This document shows, piece after piece, positions 23,127 to 35,127 of a stretch of 64,000 nt of DNA. Position 1 is the first letter of the stretch. The number at the start of each line of letters is the position of its first letter. The stretch comes from Rhodosorus marinus CCMP1338 (Eukaryota > Plantae > Rhodophyta). The translations under genes and the position numbers were made by a program. The notes beneath the pieces are model-generated. The model was not told the DNA's origin. It did no database searches and was given only the letters and a program-made list of their open reading frames with translations. The stretch spans positions 2,728,001-2,792,000 of the forward strand of contig JAMWBK010000005.1 of the NCBI GenBank assembly GCA_029953675.1, read 5' to 3'.

Positions 23127-24259
23127 GCCGTACAAACTTCAAAAACCACAAAAACTTTCAAGCACCTCCCCCTCCCCCCCTCCCTCTCCAAGAAATTCCC
23201 AGGCACCCACTTATATCATACTGCCTCTCAGTTCCAAAACTACACCCGAACGCCTCCGTTCTGCCTCTCCCGCACCGCCCTCGCCCGCAAACCCCCCAAA
23301 TTTCAAGAAGCCTTATATAACGTTCCCAACTCTCGCCAACTCTCAAGAGCCATTTTCTCATCAATCCGACCTTAACGTTTTCCGGAAATTCAGCTTCCAA
23401 TTAAAGACCTTTTTAATCGTCATCCATACGTTCATCAAATCAATCCATATTTCTTTTTCAATCAAAATATGCACGACGTGACCTCCTAATATCGTTTTAG
23501 CTATAAATATTTACAAATTGGAAGCTTCGCATTGCCTGGCGGATTTAATAAAGACTGAAGAATTATCTTAGAGGGGTTTTGGAAAGGATGACACTTATTA
23601 GCTCTCCTCGCTCGTCCGCGCATTACAACGTTCTTGTAGTGCGCTGCCAAAGTCTACATCAGCAAGGGGGGGCGCTTTGGAAGAGTTCGTGAAAAATGGA
23701 ATAAAAAGGTATCTGATTGATGAAACGTTGAATTTTTTTGGGGGGCTGTAGGCGTGTACATAATGCATTGAAGCCGAGAAAAAGTTTCTGAAAACATTGA
23801 TGTTCATGTGTTTAGCCAAGAAAAAAAAAACGGTGCTGGACCGGGACAACTTATTTACATGTATATATCGCGAATAGGTTTCCACACCCACTTTTACCTG
23901 GCCAATGGATAAGTTCTTTTTAGCCAATGATACATTCTTCATGGTTTCATTTACTTGTTTTAACGCCTGCGAGTTTAGATGCTCAGGCAGTGTTCCTGAT
24001 GTAGGAGGCGGGGAAAGTGCGAGATTAATACACACACCCCTTCCCAAATTCTCATATTTGATATTCTCGATATTTCGAACATTTATGTGGATAATCGTGG
24101 ACAATTTGAACCACGCGAGGGGTAGAGTAGAGCGCATAGTTGTAGGCGAGCAGAATCTGCTGCTCGTCTATACTCACCTGGAGGGCTTGACTGGGAGGAG
24201 CCTTACGGGAAAAGTAGTTTCTTTATTATTGAATATACTTGGTATTGGGAATACCGTGC

Positions 24260-25570
24260 GCTAGAGAGGCGGACTACGAACTGCTGCATTGGTCGAAATG
24301 CCTGTCGATGCCTGATTGCCACACTGTCAGAACTTTAAGACTTTACTTCCGGAGCTTCTCGTGTGAGCTTCATCGGCTATCATCGATTTTGGGGCCCCAT
24401 CCTTGCGCAGTGAAGCAGTCTTATAATGTACCGCGTGGAACCCCCTCGCCCGGGTTACCTGGAGGTCCATCTTCTGGAAAGAGATGCTTCCGTCAATATA
24501 CGGGGCGCTGTTGTTGTAGGCACCACGCAAGGAAGCGGCTTTAACGAAATGCAGCATTAATGAACTGCCGGTTGATGCCTGGGTGCCACTGTTAGAACTT
24601 CAAATTTTACTTCCCGGGCTTGTGAGCAAGATCGGATATCATCAGCCTACTTGCCATCCCTGCAGCAGAGTAGTAGGCATCTAATGGACCAATTTGTGGA
24701 AATTCTAGTACATGGACTACATTTTCTCCCAAAGGATGCAATATGCGGGCAATTGACCGAAAATAGGTCCTGTCGAGATCTACATATTGCGGGCCTGACT
24801 GGGGCTATTCTTAGAGCATCCGATTGGAGTGCACGTTCGTGCGCGACGGGCTTGTACTTCTCCAGGAACTCGCCTGCGAGGTCAAACCCTACGAGGGTGA
24901 AAAGCTTTCATAAAGATCTATTGAGAGAAGCGCGCTGAGTATGTGAACGAGTTGTTTGAAGGGGTTATTTTCGGGATTCCTTTCAAAACTCGTTCCGAAC
25001 TGGACATTAGCTGTGTCAGCTTGTCCTAAATGGTTCTCCATGCAATGCTCGGCCCATAGGGGTTCTGGCATAAGCTGGGAAGTGTCCTAAAACGAGTGTT
25101 CCGCCATTTGTGTCCAGTTGATCCCCCCCAGTTTCAGGTATCGTCGCTGACGAGGAATTAGGCCATTTCGATCGGGAAACATGAAATTCCATTCACGTCT
25201 CCTTCAGGATCTCAGCAAGCTTCTGATACCGTCCAGTCAGATGGTGCCATAGGTACGGCACGTGGTCCAAATAGGACAGCAAAACTGATTGCAAAAATTG
25301 AGCATCACAGGATTCTGAACACATTCGGGAACCGGGACTGATCCAAGCTAACATTCTATACGCACCGTGCCCGTCGTCCTTGCTTTGCGGGAAAAACTAC
25401 CTGAACACGTACGCAGAGCAGCGTGTGTGGAGATTGTTGAACTTCAAAGCATTTTGATGCTGTTTCAGGCCCTTTTGCTAAGGGGGCGCCGAGGAAAAAT
25501 GGCAATGGGACATCCCCCATTGAAGGAGCTCCCATTGAAGGAGCTTGCCCCAATGCGATAACGAGAAAAC
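24260..25570 (+). pseudogene. Decayed coding-like relic containing a diverged internal direct repeat
   Basis: Stop-interrupted frame with EMPVDA*LPHCQNFKTLLPELL (~24296) repeated as ELPVDAWVPLLELQILLPGLV (~24563). The repeat is also visible at DNA level. Confidence 0.3.
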
Positions 25571-25929
25571 TTTCAAAGGGGGCACCTTGAAAATGGGGCA
25601 TACTCTTGGATCCGAGGGAAAATAGAGAATGCTCAGTAAATTTATTTTATATATTCATCAAGACGTTGCCCCATTCTATAGGCTCTAATACAACTAGAAT
25701 ACAATGTACTGAAGCTCATTCGTATTACGAAAATAATTGAATCCCATTAATAAATGAATTATTGTACGTAAATTCATATAAAAGATGGACCTGCTTCACC
25801 AAGTCCACCATTGAAATCGGTACACCGAACAGGAGAACGCTTGACGAAAGAGCTCTGGAGTGGAGCCCGTCAAGTGGGAATAAGGAATCCAGGCGTTCAA
25901 ATACCCCAAATGGGTCGCGTGGCTACTTT

Positions 25930-27590
25930 CTACTTGAGGGACGATCTCATGTTTCCCTTCGTCTTCCCACTGAGCCTGGGTGGTGAATCCCCTTTCCACA
26001 GGGACCGGTTGAACGTCGCTCGTGCTTCGCTGACTTGTTTTAATGGGTGCAGGTGCAGTGTTACCTCTTTCAATAACTGGTCAGCTTGCTTCCCCACCCG
26101 CCCGAACGTCCCCACGCAGAAGGGCACGAAGATGTCGTGATTTGAAACTCTGATCGCATCCCAAATATTTCGACTCTGAAATTTGACTGCCTTGTGTTCG
26201 GCGTACCCTGTTTCCCAGGACGCTTGATGTAGGTTGGTAGTTTGCAACGGCGAGATAAGCTTCACGTTGATCACGTACAGCTTCCCGGTCCGAGGATGTC
26301 GAGCTACAATGTCTGGGCGAAGGTGGCCGCTGGGTAGCGCCCGGTCGGTTCGAGGATCACTTCTAGTCCCCATTGTCTGAGCTGCGTTGCCAGAGCTTAC
26401 CAGACCATGTTGTATCGCTTTGTACAGCTCCCTATTGAACTGGTGCAGTGGCAAAGGCGTTAGATGCTGGAGAGTCACTGGGTTGTCAACACATAGTACA
26501 TGTACTCAGGTGTTCGTACACAGACTTCGGAATCCCAGCGGTTGTCCCAGGCTCAGGTCCACTTCGTCTGTACTCAGACCTCGTGGGTGTCTCATACAGC
26601 ATGGAAACGTAGAAAACGCGTCATCTGGACTTCCGTTCGAGGGCTGAAAACTCCGAGAAGGTAGAACTGCACTCGACGCAAGGAACCAGTCTCAAGGATA
26701 AGCTCGGCTGACCTCGGCCACAGAGTTAGTCTTCGATAAATGCACTTGCCTTGCTAGAGATTGGAAGCGCGTCCAAAGATCAAGTTGTTATCCCCAAGCA
26801 CTCACGCAACCAGTGCCGCTTCATCAGACTTGTCTCAAGCTTTTGAGAGTAGTTATCAGGTATCATAGCTGGCAGGTATCCTAAAATGACACTGCATCTA
26901 TTCGCCCGTCCTTTGGACAAAAAACAATTAATCGTGTGTGGGCCAATGGATAAGCGCGTTGTTCCTTGAGGCCGGCAAAATAATGCAACCGGCTTGATGA
27001 ATAATTTTCCTTAGTCGTAGCCAAGCTGTCTAGTCCCTTGCCTCTCTAAGAGGTCGAGCTACCAAGTAAAGGAAGGTCGTCAATATTCACTCGAATGGTT
27101 GGATCAGATGGCCTCTTGTACGCCAGGCTCAAGCCAAAAATTCTCCGAGCTAACGCGCCTGTGAATGGCCAAATGTTGGCTTTCAGGTGTGACGTGCCCT
27201 AGACATCAAGCTGCTCTTGACTTCGTGTTTGCCAGTAACAACAACAATTCTGGATTCCTGACTTGTCCAACGTCGCGCTCGCTAGTGGTTGAAGTTCACC
27301 GGCCTCTGGTCAGCGTCAGGAAAAGCTTTTATCCATACAGCCTGTGGGGGTCTGCCGAGAGCCAAATTCAGAAGTTCGCAGCGAAACTGATCAGTCTCCA
27401 CCCAAGCGTCTCTCGCTCAACTCAGCCCGCACGTATGATTCTGCCGCGGGCAGCTTTGCAACGTATTGGTAGGAGCCTTCCCATGGCTCAGCTCTCACGG
27501 ACGAACCTTATTCTTCATCGCCGAGCACAAACTGCTAAGGAGCGTTCTGCAAGGAAACTCGGAGCGCGGAATTCGCGACCAACTTAATTC
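25930..27590 (-). mobile_element. Decayed non-LTR retrotransposon with restriction-like endonuclease (CRE-like)
   Basis: C-terminal block LRPDIVAR..LYVINVKLISP...FVPFCVGTFGRVGKQADQLLKE matches the REL endonuclease pattern. An RT-like GALARRIFGLSL...VNIDDLPLLG lies ~750 nt upstream (27073-27084). Multiple stops. Confidence 0.6.
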
Positions 27591-29127
27591 GCACAGGTAG
27601 CAGTTATTAAAGCAAGCCTTTTTGAGCTGAGCCACCAACACATATCGTTAAAACGATAAATTTACAAGCAAAAGCGATATACGTACATGAAAATTAAAAA
27701 ATCAATTACATTCAGTCATAGCTGATAGCGATAAGCACCGTTTTAACCCCTTACCAAATCGGACCAAAAAACCCGAAAATAGATTTTCTCGAAAATAGTT
27801 TGAACAATACAATACCGCGATTTCGGGTCAATTTCAAGAGTTCAGCACATTATATCAAACAAAGAATTTTAGAACAAAAAAAATTAATCATGTTTTTTGC
27901 TAGAAGCTGAAGATTGAATTCATCCGGGTTTTTCCCTGGAATTGCAATAGAAATTTGATTGATATGATTTTTTCATGGCCCAATCGGTTTCTCCAAACAT
28001 TAAATTTTTTCTTCTTTTTTTCCAACAAAGTCCTAAATTAACGTTCCAATAGCGCTGTCTTCAACTCCAAACCTCCCCCCTTCCATTTTTTAACTATTCC
28101 ATTCTGCCCAATACTGTTCACCATCCCCAGAAACCTTTCCAAATTCCACTCCCCCACCCCTCTCCTCACGGTTCCCGATTCCAACGAATTCGTTTTCTCC
28201 AACGAAGTCAAGACAGTTAGTCCACCCGTTACATGATCAACTCTAAACACGACCCCACCCCTACTATCAAACTATATCTAAATATATGCCCATGATTTTA
28301 TTTTAGTTTTATTACATATATTCCGATATACGCTTTTACTATATACCCATAAATAAATTTATATTGAGTATGTGTTGTCCCCAACCAAAGGTGTGTGTAT
28401 TCTGGAATTTTTGATAGACCGGTTGTACTAAGTATGGACAAGAAGGGGGAGGATTATTAATCGGCAAAGGGTCGTGGATAGTGTGTGTACTGAGGAGAGG
28501 GGGGGGTATAATGGGGAAAGGTTGAATGCTTTTTGTTACGCTGAAGTTTTCTGGGGGCGATTTCGGGCCAGAAAGTAAAAAGTTTTCTTAAAAACATAAA
28601 AGAGTTTTTTTTCCTCCCTCTCAAGTGACAGCCTGGACAAGGAGGGAAAGGGTAGAGAATGCCGGAGTCGCGGTCGTATAGATAGACTTGGGAGCTTGAC
28701 TCGCGAAAAAACTGAAAAACGACAGCGTGAGGATAATCACGAAAGGGGTCTGTTATACAGAGGGGAGTACGGACGGTCGCTGACAGACGCGGAGGGAATT
28801 TCTTGGATTGGGTGGTCGGTGGGGTTGGCCGGGTGAGGGTGGGGAAGGGGGTTTGTTTGCGGAGAGGGCAGGAGGGAGTAACACCTGGTTTTGGTACGAT
28901 TGGCGTGTCTTTTCGGGAGGGTGGATTCTTTGTGTGTTGTGTGGTGCGGTGTCTCCAAGTTTTCTGAGGCGGTCAGGGTTGTTTGAAGGTTGAAGAGGAA
29001 GGATGTGTTGAGGGGGAAGGGGTTTGAGAGAGGGGCCTTCCGTGAAGATTTTCTTGTTGGTGCTTGCAGGAAGGGGGGCGGGGGGCGGGAGGGGGTTCGA
29101 TTTGAGGGGCTTTTTAGTATAGAGACG

Positions 29128-30487
29128 ATGGGTTCTAAAGAAGGTGAGGGTGGTAGTAAAGCTGTGATTGGAAGCACTCCGGTTGTGCTATCGGCGAGCT
29201 CCTCGAGATTGTCGAATGGAAATGATGGTCCCCCGATGAGGGACCCGCTAATGGCGACGGGAGGAACTAAGCCAATGACTCAGAGGGGAAAGCAGTATCA
29301 CCATGTTACTTTGACGGAGCCTCCGCTGTACTTTACACCAGTTGGTAAACGGTGGTCATTGGACATACTAGCGGTTTCTAACAACTCAGTGAGGGCGGAG
29401 CTGAATGACATGTACTACATCGTACAGTCCATGTCAAAGCGCCGCCTTGATTTGAGCCACGATGATATCGACGACTTTTACGTTTGGTTTGAAGTTTTCA
29501 ACTTTTTCCTACAAGGAGTTTTTGAGCTACAAGAACAGGTAGGAAGCACGACTGTCTCTATGCGCATCTGCAAAAGCACGGAAGGACTGGCTCCGAGTAT
29601 GGTTGACTATGCTCAGTGCACGTGAAGCGAACTCTTTGCTCACCCCTCTACTTGAATATGTGTGTTTTGTTGTAGGCCATTTTCAGTATAATCGATCAGC
29701 GGGTTACGTTGCAATCTACGCTTTCACCAGAAGGCAGGAGAGATTTTCGAAATGCGATAACCTACGAGCTCAAGAAGATCGATGAGTACCAACCGCGGGT
29801 TCAGACAAAACCGCCAGGAGAGGTCCTCCCACAGCTAGTCACATTCGTAGACAGCGTCGTGCCGAGATTGCTGAGGTATTACCGGGTGATGGAGAAGCAC
29901 GTGCCCCCATTGATTGAGGAAAACTTCGAAATTGAGGAGAAATCCATGTTCGATGACTTGACGATGCGACTTATTGCCGGTCAGCAAGATCCACACTGGT
30001 TTTTCATTTTGTACCAGCGGGGTGAGCCCAGGAAGAAGATGAGAAAGGAAATGAGGGTCACCTTCTTCAGGTTGAAAAACATCTTTGTGCGATACGCCTG
30101 GAAGCGAAGTTACGTTAAGATGAAGGCCAGAGTAAGTATTCAATCTTTCTGTCCCAGAACATGTCACCGGTTGCCGTGCTGACGGTCGCGTCGTATCTTA
30201 TCTGGACCCATCAGGTTAAGGACGTGCATTTTGATATCGTGAGAGAGTTCTGGCGAAGATGGAGAGAAGCGAAGCTTGAGGTTGATGAAGAAGAGGCACA
30301 GGCTGAGCAGCAGTTGTTCGCCGCAGACAACGTACAGCGGGACGCAATTCGACAATATTTGGACATTGAGCAGAGTGACGACGAGGACGATGATGATAGT
30401 CTGGATGACTTGCAAGAGGAGAAACGGGGATCGAAAGTTGTCGACCTGCCACATGTAGTAGAGCCAGGCCCGTCGACGAAGGGCTAA
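29128..30487 (+). CDS. Hemerythrin-like helical orphan protein with an acidic tail (3 exons)
   Basis: Phase-0 introns at ~29539-29676 and ~30133-30214 join the ORFs. WSLDILAVSNNSVRAELNDMYYI..RRLDL..DDIDDFYVWF..QEQAIF resembles a red-algal hemerythrin-like family as I recall it; not verified by search. Confidence 0.7.
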
Positions 30488-32482
30488 GAACTTGGTACCT
30501 TTCCAGCTTTGTCGTTTACTTTACTTTGGGTTTTTGGACATGAGGAGGTGGGAATGATCCACGTGCAGATGCTGATAGATACTCCCGACAGATTTAGGTG
30601 CCTAGTGACCGGCCCTGAAAGTGAGGATTTTCACGGAACAGATCAGTAAGCCGCCTTGGTAACTACACAGACCCCCACAGTACTCGAGAGCCAGCGAGCA
30701 AATCGAATCAGAGGCGGAAAAATGAATTCCGCTTACATGAGAGTGTGAGGAGAATAAGCGAAAAGAAGGAAAAGGGCAGTGGTTCTTTCTGTTTTTGTAT
30801 AAAGACGATTCATTCAAGAAACTGTGGAAACCAAAGACTTTCAAAATGCATTCTGATCGGTGTAAAAAGGTACATAAACAGATATATGTATCTCTGTCCC
30901 CACCTTGTGTACGCCACAACACAGCACTTTTCACATACAATTCGCACAGAGAAAGGATTGAACCACATTCTACGACCAAAAACCCGAGAGGATGCCATTT
31001 AGTTTGGCGAATGCTTTCCTTCGGAAAGCTCGTGGTTTCTTTTGTTGGTCTTAGAGCTCAGTTGTTTTGCACTGGCCGTGCAAAAAAAAAGTCTTCTTGT
31101 TTCCTCAAAAAGCCCGAGCTTTTGTAGTTTCACATCCCCCAGGTAGTACATAACCCCTGGAAGAAGTGCCGTCATTTCCAGATCCTGAGTAGGCTCTGTC
31201 GCATCTTGTACCCGCTTGACAATAACAGTGCAGCAGCAAACTCAGCCGTGTATACTTGTTCCAATGCACATCCCAAACCGAAACTACTTCGCACTAAGAG
31301 GCGAACCCGCCATCACCTCCATCAAAAAAACAAACAAAAAACACGAGGAGTGAGGCCCGCGAGGCGTTGCAAGAAAACCTTATCAAAACCCCTCAACAAA
31401 AAGGCCCTCCTCATTTCGAGAGGACTAAATATTACCATTTTTCAATATCTCGCACCCTAGTAGTACATTTAAGGGACACAAAACCATTCAAGAACACAGT
31501 TTCTTCGCGAAAATAAAAACGAACGGAACGGAAGTGTTCCTATTTATAATAAAACTTTTGAAACTTTATCCAATCGACTTGCTGTATTGGACAAATAGAT
31601 ATTTTATTCAATCACCAATTTCAAAAACTTAAATTTGATTTCGGGTGCTTAATGAGTCGTTTTCTTTGTATATTCTTCAAAAAAGAGGCTCAACTGCACC
31701 AATTATGGTGACGCGAGGGGTATTGTATTTTGGAAAACAATAGGGGATTCTGCTGTGGTCTGTGGCTCACAACCAGAATTTAAACTGCGGCTTCGTATTT
31801 CATCAATAATTCAAGGAAAAATCTGATCCCAGTCCCAAAAAAACAAATTAAACAACAAATTTCGCCCCCTGGCCAGAAAACGTTGGGTCCAATGTTTCCA
31901 GTGCAATTCCCTTGTTAAAAATTCAAACCCCCAAAATTCGAACTGAAGTAAACACGTACTATTATATAAATAATAAAAACGAAATGTTTTGGACGAGCAT
32001 GGGTGATTTTAAAGGGGGGGTCAAACTATTGCAAAAATTCCATTAATATCATTGGTTGAATGAGCTTGAAATTTGTGAGAAATATGTAAGTTTGTATCGT
32101 CTTCGAAAAAATAATTTTTCTCTGTGGGAAACGCCAAAATGGCTTTCAAACTGTTGCCTTCAGCTTTTCTTGAAGAAGAGGCGACGCTCCAGCATATAAA
32201 ATGAATCTCAATGTTGTTTGACAGAGCAGGTGGAAGTGGGGAGCGATCAGGTAAGAGAGGTTATCCTTTCCGCCATAGTGTACGAGGTGAAGTAGTAGAG
32301 GGCATAGGGGCGAAGGTAGTGTAGCTGATTGTAGGAGGGTTTGGTCTTGGGGGACGGTTTGGCGGTGTGTGTGTGTGTGTTTTTGTGGGGAGGGGGTGAA
32401 TTGCAGGGTGGTGTTGGGGGTGGTTGTTGTTCTTTCTTGCCGGGGTCGGGGCGACGGGGGAATCTTGGTTTAGAGGAGGGCT

Positions 32483-33698
32483 ATGGAGGGTGCGTTTTTG
32501 AGCTGTGCGGGGAACAGCCTACCTACAAGTAGGCGGCTGAATGTCGAGAGGAGGCGCGGGGTGGTGTGTATGGTTCTCGGGAGGAGCAAGGTGGATTTAG
32601 GGAATGTGCACTGGACTACACCCAAGGGTGAGGGCTCTTATGGGGCTGTGTTCTTTGGGAAGGATGATAACACGGGTACTGAGATTGTTGTGAAGTGTCC
32701 GAAGGATGTTCCCTTGGCCGTGAACTTGCTTGAGACGGAAAAGTACGTGAACAATAAGCTCTCCGCAGTCGATGGACGGTGGGCGGAATATTTGGGAAGC
32801 TTCTCAGTTCCGTATGAGGCAGATGTTCCACGGGGCACAATGAGAACTTGTTTGGTTTGGAGGAAGGAGGGAGATGGAAGCACTCTCGATGACTATCTGT
32901 CGAAGCTTCCAAGTTTTAGACTACCTCAACTTTGTGGTGTGTATGAGCAAACCACGAGCGCGCTGCAGAGGCAAACCTGTAAATTTGTTGTCAAGGAGCT
33001 GCTTTATTGTCTTATTGAGATGCAAGAGCATGGAATTATGCACAGAGATATTAAACCTGCAAACATTGTCGCATCGCCGGAGTCCAAACACCCTTTCAAG
33101 GTAAGTGCATTTGCTCGGGAAGGTAAGTTCGAGGGACACTGGAGGTTGACCTTTTGGAAATTTTGGCCGCGTAGGTAATTGATTTCGGGTCCTCGTGCGA
33201 CTGGCACACTCCTCTAAAACGGGGCCTTTCCACAGCGACGTGTGACCCGGTCTATGCTGCGCCGGAGAGACGGTTGAATATGTTCAGTCCTCAAAAATTT
33301 GACGTATTCTCGGTTGGCCTTATCGGAATGCAAGTTTTGATGCCGAGCTTGCGTGAACAATGGCAAGTGGCGGATTTCAAGTACCGCCTGGAAAAGTATG
33401 ACTACGATCTAGTCAGATGGTGTGCCGGTATACTGGACGGAGGTGGCTCGTGTAGTATGGTCCAGCAGGTGAGGGGTAGTCCGTTTCCAGAAAGCTCTCT
33501 GGCGTGTAGATCTGGACGATGGCTCGTTCTGAACAAGTCTCAACTTCTGTACGGAAACAGGTGAGAGATTTTTATGACGACGCAGAGCTTCTGCCTGTGT
33601 TAGCTCAGATGCTGCGAAAAGACCCTTCGAAGAGGGCTTCCGCAGAGGGTGCCTTGGCATCTGGGGCTTTTGGCCACGTTGCGCTTGCTGACGAGTAG
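32483..33698 (+). CDS. Plastid-targeted Ser/Thr kinase, STN7/Stt7-like family
   Basis: GEGSYG, VVK, ETEKYVN, LVWRKEG..TL, HRDIKPAN, IDFG, DPVYAAPE, KFDVFSVGL and DPSKR. MEGAF start is transit-peptide-like. Intron at 33101-33174; a second short intron near 33470-33510 is uncertain. Confidence 0.82.
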
Positions 33699-33979
33699 CA
33701 CATTGGATGCATTGAAAATATACCGTGTACAATTGTTTAATGCCAAGAGCATTTTTGTTTTATTACCGAGTATTTATCGAGTCGAGATGTGCTCGTTTTT
33801 GGAGGCCTGGCCAATATCATAAACGCCTAGGCCCTTTGCTACAGTAGTTTCATGAGAACTATTAAAGTATTAATAGTAGTATTCTTTACAACAGATGGGA
33901 ATTGCATCGATCACTCAGGCTTTCACTTGTTAGTCTCTTTCCAACCGCTCCACTCCTAACCCTCTGTACAATCGCTGTC

Positions 33980-34561
33980 TCATTCGTCGTCGCTACCTAC
34001 ACATGCAAGCTCGTCGGCAATCGCGGTGTTGTGCAGGATTTTTTGGTCGAACAGGATCTGCTCGATTGAAGTTGTCTCAAGAGCTCCTTTCGAACTGATC
34101 TCGTTCAAACCGTGGAACGTTTTATCAGTTTTTCCTTTCATTATCAGGGATATGCTCGGAAGACACCAAATCTTCAGCCGATCAGTGAGGAAAGGCGAAT
34201 TTTCGGCGTCCAATACGACAAACTTGGTTTCCAGGTGGTAGTTTGCGATCTTTCGAAGGTGATTGACCAAGTCATCAGAGTACCGAGAACTCCCCGGCCG
34301 GTGGAAGCAAACAACTACTCGATCGGATTCTTTGGCGACAGTGAAGAAGTCCTTCTCGGACAGAAACGAGAGTTCCCCGTGTCCGAGCCGAACCCACTGA
34401 CGCTTCTCCTCTGCCTCCCTCTTCATCTCCTGCATCCGTTTCCGTCTTATCATAGCGAGATCCTGATCTCCCAAACTATCCAATCGGTCCAGTTGTTCAT
34501 CAACAGCTCGCTCAACCTGCTGCAACGCACCCGCAAGACCCGCCTCAACAAACGCAGACAT
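33980..34561 (-). CDS. TXNDC9: Phosducin-like protein 3 / TXNDC9 (intronless)
   Basis: VDEQLDRLD..D..IRRKRMQEMK, GHGEL, HLETKF, PFLTDRLKI..LPS. ATG at 34561. Confidence 0.88.
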   Translation of the reverse strand: MSAFVEAGLAGALQQVERAVDEQLDRLDSLGDQDLAMIRRKRMQEMKREAEEKRQWVRLGHGELSFLSEKDFFTVAKESDRVVVCFHRPGSSRYSDDLVNHLRKIANYHLETKFVVLDAENSPFLTDRLKIWCLPSISLIMKGKTDKTFHGLNEISSKGALETTSIEQILFDQKILHNTAIADELACVGSDDE

Positions 34562-35091
34562 GATGCTTCTATCCCCCCTCCACCCAAAACAAAAAGCACA
34601 CAAACAAAACGTCCCTCACTCCCTGCCTGCGAACAACAAACTCGGAAGTTTCCACAACCAAAGAATCCTACGATACAAACGAACTACAGCTTCTTCATCC
34701 ATAAACCTGCTCTCAGAAGCCTATCCTCCCTAATAGATCACTTCAAATCCCATTCCAACTTCCTCGCCCACCTCCTCCCCCCCGCGCCAATAAATTTATA
34801 ACCCTTTTGCGAAGCGCTATGGATCCACTAATACGCGGCAAAAAAATGGAATCCCCAAATCCCAATAAAACTCTATTTATTGAAAAAGAAAATTAATTTC
34901 GAGTTCTCCGTCCGAAAAAGCAATCATTATACGCAATCGATTGAATTTGGATTGAATAATCTAAATCTCGCCGGTAAAACGACCTTTCAAATATTAAATT
35001 TAAAATTTAAATTGGACCAATTGATGTTTGCGACGTGTCCTGGATCGAATTGATGCTGTCTGTTTTTGGGAGTGGATTTCAAGGCTGACCT

Positions 35092-35127
35092 TGTGATTGG
35101 ATTGGAGCTAGCTCCAATCCAATCACA
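35092..35127. repeat. Perfect 36-bp palindrome (18-bp arms, no spacer) with two CCAAT per strand
   Basis: TGTGATTGGATTGGAGCT|AGCTCCAATCCAATCACA, checked base by base. Confidence 0.97.

Noticed and set aside
30600-31320. Small Zn-ribbon gene such as RPB12
   Set aside because: Splice-like signals exist, but I could not build a frame with the required CxxC pairs. Left uncalled.
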